A stretch of DNA of 64,000 bases. Origin: a phage. The notes beneath the pieces are model-generated. The model saw nothing but the letters and a program-made list of their open reading frames with translations. It had not been told where the DNA came from and did no database searches. The translations under genes were made by a program, and so were the position numbers. The stretch lies in sequence record PZ296772.1; one strand, 5' to 3'. Shown here one piece after another: positions 10,382 through 20,515 of this stretch (the first letter of the stretch is position 1; each line of letters begins with the position of its first letter).

Positions 10382-10411
10382 GGCCCTTCCAAAAAGGTCG
10401 GGCCTTTTTTT
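10382..10411 (+). terminator. intrinsic terminator
   Basis: GGCCC..GGGCC stem followed by TTTTTTT; between uvsY.-2 and convergent uvsW.1. Confidence 0.6.
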
Positions 10412-10413
10412 AA

Positions 10414-10647
10414 TTAGAAGTCTTCTTCCTCATCCTCATCATCGTCACCTTCAAGTTCGGCACGCTTACCTGCTAAGGCATCCCTGACAGAAATATCATC
10501 TGTATCTTTTAATTCCGTTTCTTTTATACGTTTCTTATAATAAGCTTCCAATTCTTCAAGCCCTTCTAAGGTATGACAACTAGCAATTTTACCCATGAAT
10601 TCGTCAATAGATGCTTCGTATAAAAATTGTTTAAATTCAAGTACCAT
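10414..10647 (-). CDS. UvsW.1-like small acidic protein
   Basis: 77 aa ORF directly downstream of uvsW with AGGAG SD; acidic C-terminus. Confidence 0.7.
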   Translation of the reverse strand: MVLEFKQFLYEASIDEFMGKIASCHTLEGLEELEAYYKKRIKETELKDTDDISVRDALAGKRAELEGDDDEDEEEDF

Positions 10648-10672
10648 TTTTATCTCCTAAGGGCCGAAGCCC

Positions 10673-12187
10673 TTATAAATTAATTGTTTTCATTACATAG
10701 TTAAATTTCTCATCAGCGTAACGTTGGATACGATCAATACCGTGTTTTAACAAGTAATTAAGATGAGTATACTTCTTTTTAGTATTTAATGATTTAGGTT
10801 TTACACCTGCATCGTCGATTAGATCCCAAACTGTAGCAACAGCTTTAGAACCATGCTTACGAAGCACGCGACCTACGGTTTGAAGTACGATAATTTTTGA
10901 TTTAACACCATGGGCGAAAATAACATGATGAAGATTCTTGACTGAAATACCGGTAGAGAATACTCCATATGATGCGACAATAATAATGCCTTTACCATTT
11001 TCTGCCATGACTTTAAGCGCGTTACGTGTTTCAGTATCAACTTCACCTGATACGTAATAAACTTTTTCGTATCCAAGCTCTTTAATAGCTTCAAATATTT
11101 CTTTACCGTGTGTAACGTGTTTAAACATTACAAAGGCGTTCTCGTCTTTCTTAGCCAATTTGACTGAAAGTTGAGCAATCCACTTTGTACGTCGTTTTAG
11201 TCCGGTAATAATTTTAACTTCTTCTTGGTATGTTTTACCTTTTAATTTAACGGTGAATTCGTCCGGATAACGAAGGAAAATACTATTAATCTTAAGCTCA
11301 GTTACCTGTCCGTCTTCCATTAATTTAGACGTGCTAACAGGACGGAAGATTTCGCCGAACATACCTACGTACTGCATTACGTTGGCTTTTCCATCTCTTA
11401 ATGAGCCGGATAAACCGAATTTAAACATGCAATTATTTAATCCTGAGATGATTGAAGAAATACTTTTGCCTGTTGCTAAGTGGCATTCATCGTTCATCAT
11501 CATACCGAACTGAGAGAACCATTCTTTAGGCTGCTTAACTACTGTTTGCCATGTGCCGACAATAATTGGAGCGTCATTTTTAGCTCTGTCCGCTTTATCA
11601 GCACCACCGCCAATTTTCTTAATCATCGAATGACTAAACAAGCGATAATCAACAAAATCATTAGCCATCTGGGTTGTCAATGCTGTTGTAGGGACGATAA
11701 TGAGAATTTTACCTTCATAGTTCTCTAGATAATATCGAGCTAAAAGTGCTTGGATTAGTGATTTACCTGCTGATGTCGGAAGGTTTAAAATTCGACGACG
11801 ATTAACTAGTCCTTCATATACTGCATCTTTTTGATACCAATGTGGTTCGATTTTGGAGTTGCCTGAATAAATTTCTTGTTTAGAAAGCCATGCGTCAAAA
11901 TCTTCCCTGGTAAGGTCTTCGGTCTCAAAGATTTTAGGGTCAATCCATACAGAATAACTCATATTGCTACAGAACTTTTTTATTTGTCCTACAAGTCCAT
12001 ATGGTAACAAACGGTTGTAATCTAAAAGTCGAATTCTACCATCCCATTGCCCATAGCGATATTTTGGGTTAAATTTATACCCGTCTGCTTCAAAGCTAAA
12101 AAAGTCACGAAGTTCGTAAAACGTACTTTCGTCGCATTCAATGCGCACGTGACTAAAATCATAAAAATGTACTTTAATATCAGTCAT
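10673..12187 (-). CDS. uvsW: UvsW helicase (SF2)
   Basis: 504 aa; Walker A LNLPTSAGKS and DECH motif; T4 position and length. Confidence 0.9.
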   Translation of the reverse strand: MTDIKVHFYDFSHVRIECDESTFYELRDFFSFEADGYKFNPKYRYGQWDGRIRLLDYNRLLPYGLVGQIKKFCSNMSYSVWIDPKIFETEDLTREDFDAWLSKQEIYSGNSKIEPHWYQKDAVYEGLVNRRRILNLPTSAGKSLIQALLARYYLENYEGKILIIVPTTALTTQMANDFVDYRLFSHSMIKKIGGGADKADRAKNDAPIIVGTWQTVVKQPKEWFSQFGMMMNDECHLATGKSISSIISGLNNCMFKFGLSGSLRDGKANVMQYVGMFGEIFRPVSTSKLMEDGQVTELKINSIFLRYPDEFTVKLKGKTYQEEVKIITGLKRRTKWIAQLSVKLAKKDENAFVMFKHVTHGKEIFEAIKELGYEKVYYVSGEVDTETRNALKVMAENGKGIIIVASYGVFSTGISVKNLHHVIFAHGVKSKIIVLQTVGRVLRKHGSKAVATVWDLIDDAGVKPKSLNTKKKYTHLNYLLKHGIDRIQRYADEKFNYVMKTINL

Positions 12188-12216
12188 GTCAAATTACCAT
12201 GTAATAAATATAGTTA

Positions 12217-12224
12217 TATTTATA
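12217..12224 (-). promoter_or_regulatory. late promoter motif for uvsW
   Basis: Reverse complement TATAAATA 30 nt upstream of uvsW start. Confidence 0.5.
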
Positions 12225-12237
12225 ATGAGGAAATATT

Positions 12238-12906
12238 ATGATCGATAAAGACTATATTGAAGAGTTACGTGCTCTTTCTGATAAAAAGGAAGCCAAAGCT
12301 AAACTGTTTGAATATGCGGAACAATTTGGCATTAGTGTTAAGAAAACAAAATCATTCGATAATATTGTTATTGATATCGAAGAAGCTCTTAACGCACTGG
12401 CTGATGAACCATTACCTGAAACTGATGGATTATCTATCACCGATTTAATTACTGCCGCAGATGATGTGGACGGTGTTAATTTCACCAACGAAGAAGTTAA
12501 AGAAGAAGCTATTCTGTTGTTTGATTCTCCAACAGAACAAGTTGAAGTATTAGAAGTTGTCGAACAAGAAAAAGAATTAGACCATGATAAATTCGAAGAA
12601 GCAATTACTCAGGTTGTTGAATCTGAAAAAGAGCCTGAGACAGAGGTAAATAAAGAAGTAAAATTTGTTCTGCCTGAAAATTTTAGTCCTACACTCATTA
12701 AATTAGGCAAAGGTCCAGGATATGTTACTGTTCCTTGGTGGATTTATCAATGGATAGCCGAAACCCCAGATTGGAAATCTCGCCCAACTAGTTTTGTGCA
12801 CGCTTCTGCTCACCAAACATTATTTAGTTTAATTTATTATATTAATCGCGATGGATCAGTTCTAATTCGTGAAACTCGTAATTCTTCTTTCGTAACATTA
12901 AAATAA
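12238..12906 (+). CDS. inh: putative Inh (inhibitor of prohead protease)
   Basis: 222 aa acidic protein immediately upstream of hoc, the T4 position of inh; sequence not independently recognised. Confidence 0.55.
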   Translation: MIDKDYIEELRALSDKKEAKAKLFEYAEQFGISVKKTKSFDNIVIDIEEALNALADEPLPETDGLSITDLITAADDVDGVNFTNEEVKEEAILLFDSPTEQVEVLEVVEQEKELDHDKFEEAITQVVESEKEPETEVNKEVKFVLPENFSPTLIKLGKGPGYVTVPWWIYQWIAETPDWKSRPTSFVHASAHQTLFSLIYYINRDGSVLIRETRNSSFVTLK

Positions 12907-12915
12907 GGATAACTT

Positions 12916-14046
12916 ATGGCTTTTACAGTTGATATAACTCCTAAAACACCTACTGGAGTTATAGATGAGACTAAGCAGTTTACTGCTACTCCCAGTGGTG
13001 AAACTGGAGGTGGAACTATTACTTATGCATGGAGTGTAGACGATGCTCCTCAAGTAGGATCAGCAGAAACTTTTGATTATGTGTTAAAAGGACCTGCTGG
13101 AACAAAAACAATTAAAGTTGTTGCAACAAATACTATTCCTGATACTGACGCTGAAACAGCAGAAATTACTACGACTATCACGGTTAAAAATAAAACTCAG
13201 TCAACTACGTTGGCAGTAACTCCTGCTAGTCCTGCTGCTGGAGTAATTGGAACCCCGGTTCAATTTACTGCTGCCTTAGCTTCTCAACCTGATGGAGCGT
13301 CTGCCACGTATCAGTGGTATGTAGATGATTCACAAGTTGGTGGAGAAACTAACTCTACATTTAATTATACTCCAACTACAAATGGAGTCAAAAGAATTAA
13401 ATGCGTAGCCCAAGTAACTGCTGATGATTATATTGCAAAGGAAGTTACTTCGAATGAAGTATCATTGACAGTTAATAAGAAGACAATGAATCCACAGGTT
13501 ACACTGACTCCTCCTTCTATTAACGTTCAGCAAGATGCTTCGGCTACATTTACGGCTAATGTAACTGATGCTCCTGAAGAAGCGCAAATCGAATATTCAT
13601 GGAAGAAAGATTCTTCTCCTGTAGAAGGGTCAACTAACGTGTACACCGTTGATACATCATCTATTGGAAGTCAAACTATTGAAGTTACTGCTACTGTTAC
13701 TGCTACTGATTATGATAGCAAAACTATTACAGCAGAAGGTCAAGTTCAAGTGACTGATAAAGTTGCTCCAGAACCAGAAGGTGAATTGCCTTATGTTCAT
13801 CCTCTTCCACATCGTACTTCAGCTTACATCTGGTGCGGTTGGTGGGTTATGGATGAAATCCAAAAAATGACCGAAGAAGGTAAAGATTGGAAAACTGACG
13901 ATCCAGATAGTAAGTACTACTTGCATCGTTACACTCTCCAGAAGATGATGAAAGATTATCCAGAAGTTGATGTCCAAGAATCGCGTAATGGATACATCAT
14001 CCATAAAACTGCTTTGGAAACTGGTATCATCTATACATATCCATAA
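12916..14046 (+). CDS. hoc: Hoc, highly immunogenic outer capsid protein (Ig-like domains)
   Basis: 376 aa; near-identical to remembered T4 Hoc over its whole length. Confidence 0.95.
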   Translation: MAFTVDITPKTPTGVIDETKQFTATPSGETGGGTITYAWSVDDAPQVGSAETFDYVLKGPAGTKTIKVVATNTIPDTDAETAEITTTITVKNKTQSTTLAVTPASPAAGVIGTPVQFTAALASQPDGASATYQWYVDDSQVGGETNSTFNYTPTTNGVKRIKCVAQVTADDYIAKEVTSNEVSLTVNKKTMNPQVTLTPPSINVQQDASATFTANVTDAPEEAQIEYSWKKDSSPVEGSTNVYTVDTSSIGSQTIEVTATVTATDYDSKTITAEGQVQVTDKVAPEPEGELPYVHPLPHRTSAYIWCGWWVMDEIQKMTEEGKDWKTDDPDSKYYLHRYTLQKMMKDYPEVDVQESRNGYIIHKTALETGIIYTYP

Positions 14047-14050
14047 TCGT

Positions 14051-14079
14051 AAGGGGCTTCGGCCCCTTTCTTCGTTTTT
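14051..14079 (+). terminator. intrinsic terminator after hoc
   Basis: AAGGGGC-TTCG-GCCCCTT then T-rich tract. Confidence 0.65.
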
Positions 14080-14147
14080 AAAGCATACAAAACACAACTT
14101 GAGATTGATGTATATAATGGCACAAACCAAATAATACGGGATTGATT

Positions 14148-14342
14148 ATGAGAGCTGAAGTTGAAGTTTATACATTACATGAGGCGGGATTTTCATTCGT
14201 AGAAATTGCTCAAAAAATCGGTTTACAACCTAAAGAAGTTGGATTACTATGGACTAAAGCCGAGACAGCTCGGTCAAAGTTTAAAGCAAAAGAAAAAGTT
14301 GTATACCGTAAACGTTTGATTAACAAAAAGGTGAAGAAATGA
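14148..14342 (+). CDS. hypothetical small basic protein (24.3-like), possible HTH
   Basis: ORF 14142..14342 trimmed to ATG; T4 position of 24.3; FSFVEIAQKIGL segment resembles a helix-turn-helix. Confidence 0.5.
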   Translation: MRAEVEVYTLHEAGFSFVEIAQKIGLQPKEVGLLWTKAETARSKFKAKEKVVYRKRLINKKVKK

Positions 14343-14590
14343 GTTTTGCACAGGAATTAAGAGAAAGGGCCCTGGCCACTAAAGCCAATTTGTTGAAAGA
14401 TTTTATTACTAACTTCTCTGTGATGGCAGAGAAAGCTGCTGACAAAGGTCAGACACAATTCACGTACTATCCATCAAAGAATGATTTAACTATCACAGAG
14501 CAAGTCGGGCAGTGGTTACGTGATAATGGCTTTCAGTATAAAATTAATCACGACCAACGTGATGGGCACTGGATAGAAATCAAGTTCTAA
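14339..14590 (+). CDS. hypothetical protein (24.2-like)
   Basis: 83 aa ORF overlapping previous stop; T4 position of 24.2. Confidence 0.55.
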   Translation: MSFAQELRERALATKANLLKDFITNFSVMAEKAADKGQTQFTYYPSKNDLTITEQVGQWLRDNGFQYKINHDQRDGHWIEIKF

Positions 14591-14591
14591 T

Positions 14592-14618
14592 ATGCTTTAC
14601 ATTTTTTGATGGTATAAT
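14592..14618 (+). promoter_or_regulatory. candidate middle promoter upstream of rnlB
   Basis: aTGCTTTAc MotA-box-like element and TATAAT 13 nt downstream. Confidence 0.4.
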
Positions 14619-14709
14619 GAATCTAGGTTCTATCCATTCAAATTAAACATCGGGTCGGAGACAGAGTCTCTGCTAATTATTTTGATATTATTATTTATAA
14701 TGGTGATTT

Positions 14710-15708
14710 ATGTTTAAGAAATACAGCAGTCTTGAAAACCACTACAACTCTAAGTTTATTGAAAAACTCTACACTAATGGTTTGACTACTGGTGTTTGGG
14801 TAGCACGTGAGAAAATCCATGGGACTAACTTCTCGTTAATAATTGAACGTGACAACGTCACATGCGCCAAGCGCACAGGCCCTATTCTTCCAGCAGAAGA
14901 TTTTTATGGCTATGAAATCGTACTCAAGAAGTATGATAAAGCTATTAAAGCCGTTCAGGAATTCATGTACACAGCTCGAGCCGTATCATATCAAGTATTC
15001 GGTGAATTCGCTGGTGGTGGAATCCAGAAAGGTGTTGACTACGGTGAAAAAGATTTTTATGTGTTCGATATCCTTATCAATACAGAAAGTGGTGATAATA
15101 CGTATTTGACCGATTACGAAATGCAAGATTTCTGTAATGAATTCGGTTTTAAAATGGCACCAATGCTCGGTCGTGGAACATTCGATGCTCTTATCACGAT
15201 TCCAAACGACCTTGATTCTGTCTTAGCCGCTTATAATGCTACTGCGTCAGAAGATCTTGTAGAAGCAAATAATTGTGTATTTGACGCTAATGTTATTGGT
15301 GATAATACTGCCGAAGGTTATGTTCTGAAGCCTTGTTTCCCTAAATGGCTGCCAAACGGTACTCGTGTAGCTATTAAGTGCAAGAACTCTAAATTCAGTG
15401 AAAAGAAAAAGTCTGATAAGCCTATTAAAACTCAGGTTCCATTAACCGAAATTGACAAAAACTTGCTTGATGTTCTAGCTTGTTATGTTACATTAAATCG
15501 TGTTAATAATGTGATTTCTAAGATTGGGACTGTAACGCCAAAAGATTTTGGCAAAGTGATGGGATTGACTGTTCAAGATATTCTGGAAGAAACTTCTCGT
15601 GAAGGTATTGTATTAACATCATCCGATAATCCGAATCTTGTTAAGAAAGAATTAGTCAGAATGGTGCAAGATGTTCTGCGTCCGGCATGGATTGAATTAG
15701 TATCATAA
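14710..15708 (+). CDS. rnlB: RNA ligase 2
   Basis: 332 aa; KIHGTN nucleotidyl-transferase motif; matches remembered T4 Rnl2. Confidence 0.93.
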   Translation: MFKKYSSLENHYNSKFIEKLYTNGLTTGVWVAREKIHGTNFSLIIERDNVTCAKRTGPILPAEDFYGYEIVLKKYDKAIKAVQEFMYTARAVSYQVFGEFAGGGIQKGVDYGEKDFYVFDILINTESGDNTYLTDYEMQDFCNEFGFKMAPMLGRGTFDALITIPNDLDSVLAAYNATASEDLVEANNCVFDANVIGDNTAEGYVLKPCFPKWLPNGTRVAIKCKNSKFSEKKKSDKPIKTQVPLTEIDKNLLDVLACYVTLNRVNNVISKIGTVTPKDFGKVMGLTVQDILEETSREGIVLTSSDNPNLVKKELVRMVQDVLRPAWIELVS

Positions 15709-15715
15709 CGAAAAA

Positions 15716-15736
15716 GGGACCGTAAGGTCCCTTTTT
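15716..15736. terminator. bidirectional intrinsic terminator between rnlB and gene 24
   Basis: AAAAA-GGGACC-GTAA-GGTCCC-TTTTT, symmetric A and T runs. Confidence 0.7.
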
Positions 15737-15737
15737 A

Positions 15738-17018
15738 TTAATCCATAATAATTTTAGGCAATTTAACACCGAGTAAAACAGACAAGTCTGAACGTCCCGC
15801 CATTTTATCCATGTCCCCGCCATCAATTATTCTCGCTTCTTTTTCGTCTTTTGCTACTGTGTAAGGATTTGCTGATAAAGCATATCTAACCAATAATCCA
15901 ATAGACGGTTGCAAGCTTTCTGGATCAACTACAACTTTAAAAGCACCGACATGTTCCGGGTCATCTAAATCTACTCCTTCAGTGTATGGAGCATAAAAGA
16001 TGGACCCTACAATTTCTTTTTCGCCGATATTTTCTACAACACCCACAATAACATAATCTAACGGACTGTTGGTATCACAGTAAAGAGGTAATCCATTTGC
16101 CAAGAATCCATAAGCATTTTGTGAAAGATACTTGTCATCTTCTGGCTTATGTTTTAACCAACCAGAAGCAGCAAGAATAGCAGCTGCACGAGCTGAGGCT
16201 ACACAAAACGTTGCAGTATAAGTTGTCTCTTTTTGAATGTGTGATACCATTTCACACACCATTCGATATAATGAACGACCTGCTTCTGGAGCGGATGCAT
16301 AGCTCAAGTCAATAAATCCGGTGTCAGTAATTCCAGTAACTTTATAACGTTTCGATACAGTAATTAAAGACTGAAGAATATCTTTATTAATTTCATCAGC
16401 CATTTCAGTAGCAAGCAAATCTTCTAAGAAGTTAGGGGCATCAAATCCATTCGCTTCCAAATCTTGCGCTAATTCAACCGTGAGGCCAGTTTTAAGTTTA
16501 CGAGATTTGACTGAAGTTTGCCATTTATTAATCTGGAATCTTGCATCAGAAATTTCGCTATCAGAGCTTTCAAATTTGCTTGTTACCGCTGCATCTGAAA
16601 ATAACCGTACCTTTAAATGAACGACCGCAATCTGAAGAGCTAATTCTAGATCACTTTCTTGAATATCTGCAAACGGTGTATCTTCTAACACTTTATAGAC
16701 GATATTATTATATTTGAAAAAATCACCTTTATTTAGTGTGACTTTTGATTCTTCTGTTAGCTCAGTAATTTTTTCTCGGTCTACATATCCAACTTCACCC
16801 GCATAAGTAGCGCCAGTTTTAAATGTGAATTCGTTATCTGGGTTAAGATATTTGATACCATAAAAAGCAGCAACAGGTTGATTAGTTCTTTGTGTTGCTA
16901 CAATGTCAGAATATATTAATTTAGTCGTAGCGCGAGTCAAAGCAACGAGATTTGGGCGACCAATTGAGTTGCTAGTAGACGTTGTAGATTCACGCAATAA
17001 TTTTTGGATTTTACTCAT
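15738..17018 (-). CDS. 24: capsid vertex protein gp24
   Basis: 426 aa (T4 427); synteny next to gene 23. Confidence 0.85.
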   Translation of the reverse strand: MSKIQKLLRESTTSTSNSIGRPNLVALTRATTKLIYSDIVATQRTNQPVAAFYGIKYLNPDNEFTFKTGATYAGEVGYVDREKITELTEESKVTLNKGDFFKYNNIVYKVLEDTPFADIQESDLELALQIAVVHLKVRLFSDAAVTSKFESSDSEISDARFQINKWQTSVKSRKLKTGLTVELAQDLEANGFDAPNFLEDLLATEMADEINKDILQSLITVSKRYKVTGITDTGFIDLSYASAPEAGRSLYRMVCEMVSHIQKETTYTATFCVASARAAAILAASGWLKHKPEDDKYLSQNAYGFLANGLPLYCDTNSPLDYVIVGVVENIGEKEIVGSIFYAPYTEGVDLDDPEHVGAFKVVVDPESLQPSIGLLVRYALSANPYTVAKDEKEARIIDGGDMDKMAGRSDLSVLLGVKLPKIIMD

Positions 17019-17045
17019 TGCATTTTTTCCTTATGTGATATAGAT

Positions 17046-17053
17046 TATTTATA
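17046..17053 (-). promoter_or_regulatory. late promoter for gene 24
   Basis: Reverse complement TATAAATA 28 nt upstream of gene 24 start. Confidence 0.6.
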
Positions 17054-17059
17054 AAGATT

Positions 17060-17089
17060 GTTTACAACGTATTTGGTATGTGATACTAT
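17060..17089 (+). promoter_or_regulatory. early promoter (sigma70-type) in repeated cassette
   Basis: GTTTAC, 18 nt, TACTAT; the following 45 nt (17081-17125) are identical to 53491-53535. Confidence 0.65.
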
Positions 17090-17119
17090 AGACTTATCAA
17101 CTACAGAGGAGTAAACAAA

Positions 17120-17389
17120 ATGACTAAAGCACGTTTCTTACGAGATACTTTAAAAGTTCTAGAAGCTGAAGCAGTTAAGTTAGTAGAAAAATATGGTGCA
17201 AAAGTTAATGGTAATGCCTTCAACAAAGTATGGATGAAAGTTGATTCTGAAGCTCGAGCTAAAGGTTATTGGGCCACTGATAAACTTGCATCATTCAAAA
17301 ACAAAGACGGTTCTCTAGCATATGTCCAAGAAGGTATGCCTAATTGGCAAAATATTTTGAAAACTTACATCGAAATTGCACAGAAATAA
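17120..17389 (+). CDS. hypothetical early protein between genes 23 and 24
   Basis: 89 aa ORF with GAGGAG SD and strong early promoter; opposite strand to flanking late genes. Confidence 0.6.
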   Translation: MTKARFLRDTLKVLEAEAVKLVEKYGAKVNGNAFNKVWMKVDSEARAKGYWATDKLASFKNKDGSLAYVQEGMPNWQNILKTYIEIAQK

Positions 17390-17399
17390 AACCAAAAAT

Positions 17400-17417
17400 G
17401 GGAGACCGAAGTCTCCC
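17400..17417 (-). terminator. terminator hairpin after gene 23
   Basis: GGGAGAC-CGAA-GTCTCCC; on minus strand a UUCG-loop hairpin followed by ATTTTTGG. Confidence 0.65.
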
Positions 17418-17441
17418 AAAATAAGATTTAATCAATTAAGA

Positions 17442-19010
17442 TTAGATGCCTTTTACATATACACGGCGGAAGTAAGCGTTCTTACCAAGGCTGTTCAGGA
17501 TAGACGGCATACCGGACTGGATGCGAGCACCTGGAGCCTGCAGGGAACTTTCAGCAAACGGGTTAACACCGATACCGTAACGAGTTTTAAAGCCCATTAC
17601 CGGCTGGAAGTTCTTAGGATCGGAACCACGCAGTGGGGTAAGTGCAACGTAAGGAGCATAGTAAATACCTGCATCCATTTCGTTAGCGCCTTTGTAACCA
17701 ACGGTGAAGTAATCCTGTTTAGCATACTGGTCGATGTATACGCGGTATTTACCACCAAGTACACCGGCAAATACAGACTTAGTAGTGTCGGTATTAAAAC
17801 CAGAAGCCAGACCCTGTGCAGCGTAAGAAATACCAGTATCAACTGAAGCCAGTACGTTAACTACGTTACGGGAAGCGATAATGAAGTTACCTTCACCACG
17901 ACCGGTTTGACGAGCAATTTCAACTGCTTCTTTATCAATCTGGAACAACAGAGATTTAAAGCTTTCACCGGCCCAACGAGCACCACGGATATCAATCGGG
18001 TCCTGGAAGTCAAATACACCGGCTTTAGAACCCGGAGTCAGGGTCATACCAGATTTACCAACCTGTGCTGAGTAGTTAATCCAATCAACAACTTCACGGT
18101 TGATTTCTAGCATAATTTCTGTAGCCAGAATACCGCTCAGTTCAGCATCAGCATCCATACCGTGTACTGCACGGAGGTCTTGTGCTAATTCGATAGAGTA
18201 AGCAGCTTTCAGCTGGCGAGATTTAGCTTCAATAACTTGTTTATCGATACGGAAGCCCATTTCATTCCATGGGTTATCGGTAGAACCGTTGAAACCTTCC
18301 TGGAGTTCAGCGATAGAAGTAGCCATACCTTCAGCGATTTCTACCAGTGCACCAGCTTCCATTTGTTTCTTAACTTCTGCATCTAATTTAGCAGCATCAG
18401 TCGCACTAGAATCAAGTGTTACGATAGCAGAAGCTTGCAGATATACGGTACCAGTTTCTTGGAAGAAGTGAGTATAGATATCACCTACAACAGTAGTAGT
18501 GTCAGCAGCCAGAGCTGGGAATTTCTTAGCAGCACCCTGACCAGAGAACATCGCGTCCGGGGCATACATCGGATGGAAAGCTTCTTTAGCGCCAGCAGCG
18601 ATAGGGTCTTTACCATATACTGCACGGAGAGCAAATACCTGACCGGTCGGGCTGTTCATAGGCTGAACACCACAAATATCAAAAGCGATCAGATTAGGAA
18701 TAGCACGACGAACCATACCCATAACTGCTGGCCCAATTTGGGTTACTGCACCAGAGGTTTGACCTGCTGCGATGTTCTGAGCATTATAACCGTGGTCGCC
18801 ACCAATTTCAGCTTCGGTCAAGAAAGAACCAAATGCCTGAGCGATTTTCTCGTCTTTATATTCAGGGGATACTTCGAAATCTTTTTCCTGGTTTTCGAAG
18901 ATTTTAGCGATAATAGCCTGCTTGCTATTAGCGATTTCCGGCAGGCCTTCACCTTCCAGCAGTTCTTTCCATTTGTCTACGAGCTGAGCTTTAGTTTTGA
19001 TAGTAGTCAT
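17442..19010 (-). CDS. 23: major capsid protein gp23
   Basis: 522 aa (T4 521); synteny. Confidence 0.9.
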   Translation of the reverse strand: MTTIKTKAQLVDKWKELLEGEGLPEIANSKQAIIAKIFENQEKDFEVSPEYKDEKIAQAFGSFLTEAEIGGDHGYNAQNIAAGQTSGAVTQIGPAVMGMVRRAIPNLIAFDICGVQPMNSPTGQVFALRAVYGKDPIAAGAKEAFHPMYAPDAMFSGQGAAKKFPALAADTTTVVGDIYTHFFQETGTVYLQASAIVTLDSSATDAAKLDAEVKKQMEAGALVEIAEGMATSIAELQEGFNGSTDNPWNEMGFRIDKQVIEAKSRQLKAAYSIELAQDLRAVHGMDADAELSGILATEIMLEINREVVDWINYSAQVGKSGMTLTPGSKAGVFDFQDPIDIRGARWAGESFKSLLFQIDKEAVEIARQTGRGEGNFIIASRNVVNVLASVDTGISYAAQGLASGFNTDTTKSVFAGVLGGKYRVYIDQYAKQDYFTVGYKGANEMDAGIYYAPYVALTPLRGSDPKNFQPVMGFKTRYGIGVNPFAESSLQAPGARIQSGMPSILNSLGKNAYFRRVYVKGI

Positions 19011-19027
19011 TTGTGTTAACCTTTAAA

Positions 19028-19840
19028 TTAGAAACGAGATGCGACTTTCGCATATAAACTTACATTAGAATTCTGTTCTACCTGAGTTGTGGTAGTGTCA
19101 ACTGCTTCGGCAACAAAATTAAGACCGGCAGCGTCATTGTCAACTGTATTTATACTTTCGGTAATAGCGGCTTCTTCTTTAGTAGAACCTTTAACCATTT
19201 CTACAATAGCAGTTAACTTAGTACCAAATGCGTCAGAATAATCCATACCTTCAACCAGGCCAATAACTTTTTCTTTCTGAGATTCAGTCAGGTCTTTTAC
19301 GCTTTCATTAATAGCGGTTTCACGCTGAACGTAATTGATATATGCATCACGTTTGGTAACTTCTTCGAACAAACGAGCGGTTTCTTCTTTATGTTCGGCC
19401 AGCTCTTCTTCCATTTCTGCTACAACATCTACAGATTCTTCTGGAACAACAACGTTATGTTCAACAAACAGTTCTTTCAGACCACCAAGCATGGATTCGA
19501 ACAAATCAGCTTTAATGCCTTTATCAACTGCGATTTGGTTTTCTGCGAGCCATTCTTTTGCAAGATGGTCTAGGAATTTAGAAGCTTGTTCAGCCAATTT
19601 TTTATCAGCTTTCTCTTCAGCATCTTCTTTGGCCTTTTCAACTTCTTCTTCGGCCTTTTCGGCGATGGCTTTGATATGAGATTCAGCCAGTTTGACTGCT
19701 TCCTGCTTAACGGTGGCTTCGAATACAGTGCTGAAATTAGCTTTAATGTCCGGAGACAGTTCTACTGATTCGAAAACACTATTAAGAGCAACTGAAGTCT
19801 CGATGTTTTGAGCTTCTTTCAAAAGTTGTTCTTTGATCAT
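19028..19840 (-). CDS. 22: prohead core scaffold protein gp22
   Basis: 270 aa, acidic coiled-coil rich in E and K; T4 position. Confidence 0.85.
   Translation of the reverse strand: MIKEQLLKEAQNIETSVALNSVFESVELSPDIKANFSTVFEATVKQEAVKLAESHIKAIAEKAEEEVEKAKEDAEEKADKKLAEQASKFLDHLAKEWLAENQIAVDKGIKADLFESMLGGLKELFVEHNVVVPEESVDVVAEMEEELAEHKEETARLFEEVTKRDAYINYVQRETAINESVKDLTESQKEKVIGLVEGMDYSDAFGTKLTAIVEMVKGSTKEEAAITESINTVDNDAAGLNFVAEAVDTTTTQVEQNSNVSLYAKVASRF
19147..19154 (-). promoter_or_regulatory. possible late promoter inside gene 22
   Basis: Reverse complement TATAAATA about 137 nt upstream of gene 23; may be a chance match. Confidence 0.3.
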
Positions 19841-19870
19841 TTTAGTGTCCTGTGGTTTAGATTACATTAT

Positions 19871-19878
19871 TATTTATA
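19871..19878 (-). promoter_or_regulatory. late promoter for gene 22
   Basis: Reverse complement TATAAATA 31 nt upstream of gene 22 start. Confidence 0.5.
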
Positions 19879-20515
19879 ATGCTTTTAAACTCTCTGCGAG
19901 AGCTTTAAATGCTTCATCAGCACTGTTTTTGGTGGTTTCCACCGAATTTTCTGATTCTGATATTTGTTTAGGAGTAACCCAAGCATCTGGAGCAGAAGGT
20001 CCCCATACGGCATCTACGCCGACGGTTAATTTAAATCCTTCGTTCACGATACGGTACCCTTTATTGGTGTCGGTTAAAGAACCAAGACCACGAGAGGAAA
20101 CACCTGGAATCCAGCCAGCTCGTATATTAGCAGCTAATTTATCGCCGGGACCATGGTCGCCTTCAATAATTCTAGCACGTCCATATACATCGTTTCCTTT
20201 CCACCACATATCTTCAATAATGATAGCGGCTTGCATAGGGTCAACATTTGCACGAGGTGGATGGTTTAATTCTCCAAGGGCTTGTTTGGTTGCGACTTGT
20301 TCTTTAATATAGTCACTTACTGCTTTTTCCAAAACGCGTTTAGGATATAAACGTTTATTTCGGTTAACAACCTCTGCCTGAAGAAAAATACCTTCTATAT
20401 AAAGCCCTGGTTTTAAGCCAGAATCTTTTCCATCATGAGATTCCAACATTGGAACGCCATCAATAATCTCACCGGGTTGACCCCAAGTTTCAATAAGTAA
20501 CTCGGGTTTATTCAT
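19874..20515 (-). CDS. 21: prohead core protease gp21
   Basis: 213 aa (T4 212); synteny. Confidence 0.85.
   Translation of the reverse strand: MNKPELLIETWGQPGEIIDGVPMLESHDGKDSGLKPGLYIEGIFLQAEVVNRNKRLYPKRVLEKAVSDYIKEQVATKQALGELNHPPRANVDPMQAAIIIEDMWWKGNDVYGRARIIEGDHGPGDKLAANIRAGWIPGVSSRGLGSLTDTNKGYRIVNEGFKLTVGVDAVWGPSAPDAWVTPKQISESENSVETTKNSADEAFKALAESLKAL

Noticed and set aside
10659-10674. Hairpin AAGGGC-CGAA-GCCCTT between uvsW and uvsW.1 as a terminator
   Set aside because: On the coding (minus) strand it is followed by the SD and start of uvsW.1, not a T run; more likely an RNA-stability or coupling structure.
12221-12226. TATAAT hexamer 11 nt upstream of the inh start as a promoter
   Set aside because: Too close to the start codon to leave room for a leader and ribosome site; more likely AT-rich spacer sequence.
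12916-14046. Internal repetitiveness in hoc as a DNA repeat or mobile element
   Set aside because: The repeats are the tandem Ig-like domains of Hoc at protein level; the nucleotide copies are divergent.
14689-14696. TATTTATA-like motif just upstream of rnlB as a minus-strand late promoter
   Set aside because: There is no minus-strand gene downstream of it; probably a chance match in AT-rich leader sequence.
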